A DNA stretch of 64,000 nucleotides, from positions 1 to 64,000 of the forward strand of contig CAWCLO010000004.1 of NCBI GenBank assembly GCA_963796455.1, given 5' to 3'. This stretch comes from Candidatus Sulfomarinibacteraceae bacterium (GTDB lineage Bacteria; Acidobacteriota; Thermoanaerobaculia; Thermoanaerobaculales; Sulfomarinibacteraceae). The position numbers were made by a program, and so were the translations under genes. Below are positions 59,160-64,000 of the stretch, piece after piece (the stretch's first letter is position 1; each line of letters starts with the position of its first letter). The notes under the pieces were generated by a model. It made no database searches and had not been told where the DNA came from. It was given only the letters and a program-made list of their open reading frames with translations.

Positions 59160-60269
59160 ATGAAGCGTCTGGGCGAGATTCTGCTCGATCGGGGGGCAAT
59201 CGCCATTGCCGAACTCCATACCGGGCTCGAGGCCTGCCACTACAGTGGCGGAAGGCTCGGTACCCAGCTCCTCAAATTCGGTTTTGTCGACGAGCACGCG
59301 TTGCTCGAGGCTTTGTCCGAACAGCTCAGTGTTCCCTCCGTCTCAACCGTGATCCTGCGTCGAGCTCCACTGGAGCTGCGGCAACTGATTCCTTTCCACG
59401 TCTCGAAGCGGATCCAGGCGATGGTCTTCGAACGCAAAGGAGGCACCCTCAACGTCGCGATGACGAGCCCGAGAAACCCGGCGGCGACCGAGGAGGTCGT
59501 GAGTTATGTGGGGATGGACATCACCCCCCATGTGGCGACCGAATCAGGGATTCTCTCGGCGCTCACCCAATTCCCGGAACAAACCGGCGAAGCTCCGAAA
59601 GAGCAGCCGCCGCAGGTATTTGACGGAGCCAATGAATGGCATCAATTGTGGGCTCCGGCCGCTCTGGACCCGGCCGCGCTGATCCGAACGAAGCAAAGCG
59701 TTCCCGGGAACGGACTCGCCATGGCAGCCACCTTTCCTGGTCTGATGCCGGTCCCGGACGGCACCTCGGTTCGAGCGGACGGCGCCCTGGACGAGGATGT
59801 TTTCAATTCGTTTTTGCGCGGGGTCGAACATCGGGATGAGATCGGTGACCTGCTCGTGCGCAGGGCCGTCAAACTGCTCAAGAGGTGTTGTGTTCTGGCT
59901 GTCCATTCCGGACATCTGGTGGGATGGCTGGGGCGCGGGCCGGGAGTCGTGTTGGACGATATCCAATCCTTCTCAGCGCCTACGGAATCGTCTGCCATCG
60001 TGAGCAAGTTGGAAGGCCTCGATTTTTATTGTGGAGCTGTCCCGATGGGTGCTGACAGCAGCGAACTCATCCGATTGCTTGGCAATCCTCAACCGGGCGA
60101 GGTGATCATCGTTCCGGTCACGGTCAAAAACCGGCGGGTGGCGTATCTCTTGGGTGATATCCCGGACTCCAGGGTGCCGAAAACCGCCCAGGCAGAGCTC
60201 CGCGAGGCAGCTCAGAAGGCGGGCCTGGCCTTCGAGATCTTGATCATGAAGCGGAAGATCCTGGCCTGA
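59160..60269 (+). CDS. MshEN/GspE-N-terminal domain protein, paralogue of the upstream gene
   Basis: RLGEILL..G.I...EL..GL....GGRLG..LL..GFV....L..AL.EQ; shares W..LW.P, A.FP.L.P, AVH.G...GW, L.RLLG.P.P.EV with its neighbour. Confidence 0.78.
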   Translation: MKRLGEILLDRGAIAIAELHTGLEACHYSGGRLGTQLLKFGFVDEHALLEALSEQLSVPSVSTVILRRAPLELRQLIPFHVSKRIQAMVFERKGGTLNVAMTSPRNPAATEEVVSYVGMDITPHVATESGILSALTQFPEQTGEAPKEQPPQVFDGANEWHQLWAPAALDPAALIRTKQSVPGNGLAMAATFPGLMPVPDGTSVRADGALDEDVFNSFLRGVEHRDEIGDLLVRRAVKLLKRCCVLAVHSGHLVGWLGRGPGVVLDDIQSFSAPTESSAIVSKLEGLDFYCGAVPMGADSSELIRLLGNPQPGEVIIVPVTVKNRRVAYLLGDIPDSRVPKTAQAELREAAQKAGLAFEILIMKRKILA

Positions 60270-60446
60270 CATCCGTCCGGGTACGGCCCTCCAGTCACTT
60301 CCAGTCATCAATCGGTATCGCTATCGAACGCTGGAGCCGGCGTTTTTTCGCTACCGACAAATCGATTGGATGCTGGTTGCACGGTTGCGCGACCGCGAAA
60401 ACAGACCGGTCCCGACAGGCGTATAATCCTCAGATTGGAGGTGCGA

Positions 60447-61331
60447 ATGGCCCAAATGGAGAGCTACACCGACACATTTGTGGAATTGATTCGGAGAGCT
60501 TCGACGGAGCTCCCTGCCGACGTAGTCAATGCCTTGCAGGAGGGACGCGCGGCCGAAGAGAGCGGTGGTCTCGCATCGCTGGCGCTCGATACGATTCTCA
60601 ACAACGTGGACATGGCCCGCGACGATTCGGCGCCCATCTGTCAGGACACCGGTACGCCGGTCGTTTGGATCCATCATCCGGTTGGAGTCAGCACCCGCGC
60701 ATTGAAGGAAGACTTCGTCGCGGCCGTTCGGCAGGCGACAAACAACAAGTTTCTGCGGCCGAATGCCGTCAATACCCTGACCGGAGCCAATACAGGTGAT
60801 GGCGCGGGACGCGGGATTCCCTTCCTCCATTTCGAGGAGTGGGATGAGGATCGAGTTGAAGTCAGGATGATCCTCAAGGGCGGAGGTTCCGAAAACGTCG
60901 GAACCCAGTACAAACTGCCGGACAGTGATCTGGGAGCCGGCCGTGATCTCGAAGGTGTGCGCCGTGCCGTGCTCGACGCCGTCGTGGATGCCCAGGGAAA
61001 GGGTTGTGCTCCCGGTATTCTGGGTGTTTGCATCGGAGGCGATCGGGTTTCTGCGTTTGAAACCTCGAAACGACAATTGTTGCGGCCGCTCGCAGATACC
61101 AACCCGATGCCCGAGTTGGCAGAGCTTGAAGAACGCCTTCTGCGAGAGGGCAACGAGCTCGGAGTCGGACCCATGGGTTTTGGTGGAAACACCACCCTGT
61201 TGGGGGTCAAGATCGGCGTGCTCGACCGTCTTCCGGCGTGTTACTTCGTGACCATCTCGTATATGTGCTGGGCGAGCCGCAAAGCGGGCGTCAGCATCGA
61301 TCAGGGGGGAGACGTGACATGGCTGAGCTGA
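60447..61331 (+). CDS. Fe-S class I fumarate hydratase / tartrate dehydratase alpha subunit
   Basis: PICQDTG, LRPNAV, KGGGSEN, GCAP, GPMGFGG.T, MCWA.R; GGAGG SD and TATAAT at 60422. Confidence 0.9.
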   Translation: MAQMESYTDTFVELIRRASTELPADVVNALQEGRAAEESGGLASLALDTILNNVDMARDDSAPICQDTGTPVVWIHHPVGVSTRALKEDFVAAVRQATNNKFLRPNAVNTLTGANTGDGAGRGIPFLHFEEWDEDRVEVRMILKGGGSENVGTQYKLPDSDLGAGRDLEGVRRAVLDAVVDAQGKGCAPGILGVCIGGDRVSAFETSKRQLLRPLADTNPMPELAELEERLLREGNELGVGPMGFGGNTTLLGVKIGVLDRLPACYFVTISYMCWASRKAGVSIDQGGDVTWLS

Positions 61332-61906
61332 AACTGCCGGTCAGCGAAGAAACTATCAGAGGCCTCGAGGTAGGAGACTTTGTCGAGCTCAGCGGGCGAA
61401 TGATCACCGGACGCGATGCGGCCCACAAATGGCTGATGGAGGATTTCCGGGAAGACGTCGCTCCGTTCATGAAAGATACGGTCATCTACCACTGCGGCCC
61501 TGTTGTTGCGGAAAACGATGACGGATCCTATGACTTCGTGGCTGCCGGTCCGACGACCTCGATCCGCGAGGAACCCTATCAGGCCGATGTCATCGGTCGA
61601 TATGGCCTGCGCGGAGTGATCGGCAAAGGTGGCATGAAGGACAGGACCCTCAAGGGGCTTGGAGAACACGGGGCCGTCTACCTGCATGCAGTCGGTGGGG
61701 CGGCGCAGGTTCTGGCGCGCGCCATCCCACGGGTCGAGCGGGTCTTCATGTTGGAAGAATTCGGTGTGCCCGAAGCACTGTGGGTGATCGAGGTCGAAAG
61801 ATTCCCGGTGATGGTAACCATGGATTCGCACGGCGGCTCGCTGCACGACGAGGTCGAGGAGCGGTCGAAGGCCAAGCTGCGGGAGTTGCTCGGATTCGGG
61901 ATCTAG
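61319..61906 (+). CDS. Fe-S class I fumarate hydratase / tartrate dehydratase beta subunit
   Basis: TGRDAAH, YHCGP, AGPTTS.R, IGKGG, GVPEA.W, DSHG.SL. Confidence 0.9.
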   Translation: MAELKLPVSEETIRGLEVGDFVELSGRMITGRDAAHKWLMEDFREDVAPFMKDTVIYHCGPVVAENDDGSYDFVAAGPTTSIREEPYQADVIGRYGLRGVIGKGGMKDRTLKGLGEHGAVYLHAVGGAAQVLARAIPRVERVFMLEEFGVPEALWVIEVERFPVMVTMDSHGGSLHDEVEERSKAKLRELLGFGI

Positions 61907-62316
61907 CCGCCACCAAGGATCCAACCCAGGGAGCTGCCGTTCGGCACCGGCAGTTCGGCTTCAGTCTCGTCGAGGCGATGGCCGCACTCACCATTTTCGG
62001 GATGGCGGTGATCGTTGCGGCGAGTTTTCTCGACGTCCACATGAGCGCGGCGCGTCGGCTCGAGGCACGCGCCGATCTGGTTCGCGCAGCGGAGGCGACG
62101 CTCGAGAGCGTACGTGGCGGTGCCCTGCCGCTGGTTTCCGCCGGTGTCGATCTCGGTGAACAAATCCCACCCAAATCGTCGGTGACGATTTCAACCAGCA
62201 TCCTGGTCCTCCCCAAGCCGATTGAGGGACTCTATGAAATTCGGGTGGAATCGCGAGCCATGGTGCGCAGCGAAGAGATGGTGGTGACGATCTCGACCCA
62301 GGTGTGGCGGCCATGA
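61906..62316 (+). CDS. Prepilin-type N-terminal cleavage/methylation protein (start not resolved)
   Basis: G|FSLVEAMAALTIFG class III signal at 61957; no canonical start codon nearby in frame. Confidence 0.7.
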   Translation, partial: AATKDPTQGAAVRHRQFGFSLVEAMAALTIFGMAVIVAASFLDVHMSAARRLEARADLVRAAEATLESVRGGALPLVSAGVDLGEQIPPKSSVTISTSILVLPKPIEGLYEIRVESRAMVRSEEMVVTISTQVWRP

Positions 62317-62852
62317 AAAGGTTTCGTCGATCGAACCGCGGCACCACGCTGGTGGAGTTGTTGGTCGTGCTGGCTCTGGTCAGCGCCATGGTGTTGGTTG
62401 CGTCCGCTCTCGTGATCCACTCGATCAAGCTCCTGGGAGCCACGGGCCGGTCGGTCCGCAATCCCCTGGTGGTCCACGTCACGAGTCGCCTGCGCAATGA
62501 CATCCAGGCTGCGGCCGGTGTCAGGAATCCCGAGGAATCATGGTCCGAGACACCCCTCGAGATCCGCACTCGCAACAACCGCATCTTGCGTTTTGAGGTG
62601 GTGAACGGAAATTTGATGCGCCGGAGTATCGGCCTCGATGGAAATTTGGAGGATGAGAGGCTGTTGCTTCGCGGCATCACGGCCTGGTGGTGGCAGACCC
62701 CAGTGCCGGGGGTTGTTGATCTTCGGGTCGGATATTTGATTTATCCGGGGACCGAGACGCAGGCGTCGCGCGATGTCGGTTATGCCAAGGAACGGCGGAC
62801 TGAAAACCTGCGTTTCGCGATCCGTGGTTATGGAGGGACCCGCCGGTGGTGA
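62313..62852 (+). CDS. Prepilin-type N-terminal cleavage/methylation protein
   Basis: MKRFRRSNRG|TTLVELLVVLAL; ATGA overlap. Confidence 0.85.
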   Translation: MKRFRRSNRGTTLVELLVVLALVSAMVLVASALVIHSIKLLGATGRSVRNPLVVHVTSRLRNDIQAAAGVRNPEESWSETPLEIRTRNNRILRFEVVNGNLMRRSIGLDGNLEDERLLLRGITAWWWQTPVPGVVDLRVGYLIYPGTETQASRDVGYAKERRTENLRFAIRGYGGTRRW

Positions 62853-63331
62853 CCTCTGATCGTCGAGCCGGCGAACGAGGTGTCGCGCTGGTCTTTGCGC
62901 TGGCGGCATTGACGCTGGTGGCGATCACGCTGGCCGCGGTAGTTGGTGAACTGAGGTCGCGCGGCGCTGGTGTCGTCATCGAAGAGCGCGCGGTCCGGGT
63001 CACCGCTCTGAGCGATGCATCCGTCGCTGAAACTCTCGCCGGGCTCGCCAAATACGGTTCGACCTATCTCGGGATCACCGAACGACGATTTGCCGGTGGC
63101 TATATTTCGTCCACCGTGCGTCCGATGGGGGAGTGGGAGGCCGAGGTCGTCGCAATCGGCCGTGACGACAATTGGCAGATGACGGTACGGCTTCGCGTGA
63201 CGCTTCAGGGAGGTCCCAGAGTTGTGTGGTGGGAACGGACGCAGCACCCCATCAGTGCGCTGCCTTCCGACCCGACCGGCGACAGTGACCGACCGAGACC
63301 CGCCCCGATTCCCACCATCCGGATGAACTGA
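62846..63331 (+). CDS. PilX/GspK-like minor pseudopilin
   Basis: ERG|VALVFAL (no Glu+5); third gene of the pilin trio. Confidence 0.65.
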   Translation: MVTSDRRAGERGVALVFALAALTLVAITLAAVVGELRSRGAGVVIEERAVRVTALSDASVAETLAGLAKYGSTYLGITERRFAGGYISSTVRPMGEWEAEVVAIGRDDNWQMTVRLRVTLQGGPRVVWWERTQHPISALPSDPTGDSDRPRPAPIPTIRMN

Positions 63332-63410
63332 TCAGAACACGACCTTGGTCCCCAGCCCGCGTGTGCTGACCGGAAACAACCGGAGCTGTCCGTCGTAAGA
63401 CTGCAGGGAC

Positions 63411-64000
63411 ATGAGTCGACGACACATTCCCGCGCTGCTGCTCCTCGTGATGGTGATTGCCGTGGCGATTGAGCGGCCCCTGGTTGGTGACACACCGGAA
63501 GGATCTGACCGACCCTTGAAGGCGGTCGCAAACGACGGCAGCCATCCGGATGCCCCGCCCGTCCGAAACGTGATTCTCATCAGCCTGGACACCACCCGAT
63601 GGGACGCGATCAGCGCCTACAACGCTCCGGAGGTGAATTCGCCGAATATCGCTGCCATCGGGCGCGAGGGAGTCGTGTTCGAAAACGCCTTCGCCCCGAT
63701 GCCGGTCACCTTGCCTTCGCACGCCACCATGCTGACGGGCAAGATTCCGCCGGCTCACGGGGTTCTGGACAACGGTCGATATACGCTCGCCGACCGTCAC
63801 GTGACGCTTGCAGAAGTGATGAAAGAAAACGGTTTCAATACCGGAGCGTTTTTGAGCGCATTGGTCATGGAATCCAAGTTCGGACTCGATCAAGGTTTCG
63901 ATGTCTACGATGATGAAATTGACGAGACCTCGATTATCGGTGAGCGTCGAGGAGATCGGACAACATCGAAAGCCATCGAGTGGATCAGGAAAAATAGAGA
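63411..64000 (+). CDS. Sulfatase-like / alkaline phosphatase superfamily protein, 3'-truncated by the window
   Basis: Signal-like N-terminus, NVILISLDTTRWD, PVTLPSHATMLTG, TLAEV, GLDQGFD.YDD; frame open to the window end. Confidence 0.88.
   Translation, partial: MSRRHIPALLLLVMVIAVAIERPLVGDTPEGSDRPLKAVANDGSHPDAPPVRNVILISLDTTRWDAISAYNAPEVNSPNIAAIGREGVVFENAFAPMPVTLPSHATMLTGKIPPAHGVLDNGRYTLADRHVTLAEVMKENGFNTGAFLSALVMESKFGLDQGFDVYDDEIDETSIIGERRGDRTTSKAIEWIRKNR

Overview
GC-rich bacterial chromosomal window. Gene content and repeat style suggest Acidobacteriota, possibly Thermoanaerobaculia-like (inference only). 1-14.6 kb: end of a surface-glycan cluster (O-antigen ligase-like protein, two GT4s, wecB, methyltransferases, two polytopic membrane proteins, DegT aminotransferase, sugar transferase, CapD/PglF dehydratase, nucleotidyltransferase). 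The rest is mostly housekeeping: ndk, GH13 sugar phosphorylase + glk, envC/S41/divergent deacetylase, cysS, Crp, hfq, miaA, ComEC, RNA methyltransferase, aconitase, rnc, uvrC, queE/queD, tsaB/rimI, fumC, class I fumarase, pseudopilins and a partial sulfatase-like gene. Several genes, including essential cysS, carry clustered indels that look like sequencing errors. Most interesting: (i) a four-helix-bundle gene enclosed by a 56-bp inverted repeat and hexamer arrays, with a long 5' hairpin that buries its Shine-Dalgarno and overlaps one repeat arm, plus gene-less relatives; (ii) a probable ceramide synthesis trio (SDR reductase, Spt-like, bCerS-like GNAT); (iii) intergenic inverted heptamer arrays around 35-40 bp unique cores, and MITE/REP-like elements; (iv) seven genes with an exact TANNNT-N6-start leaderless signature. 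No rRNA, tRNA, CRISPR array or transposase was recognised. All calls are by eye; no database search was run.
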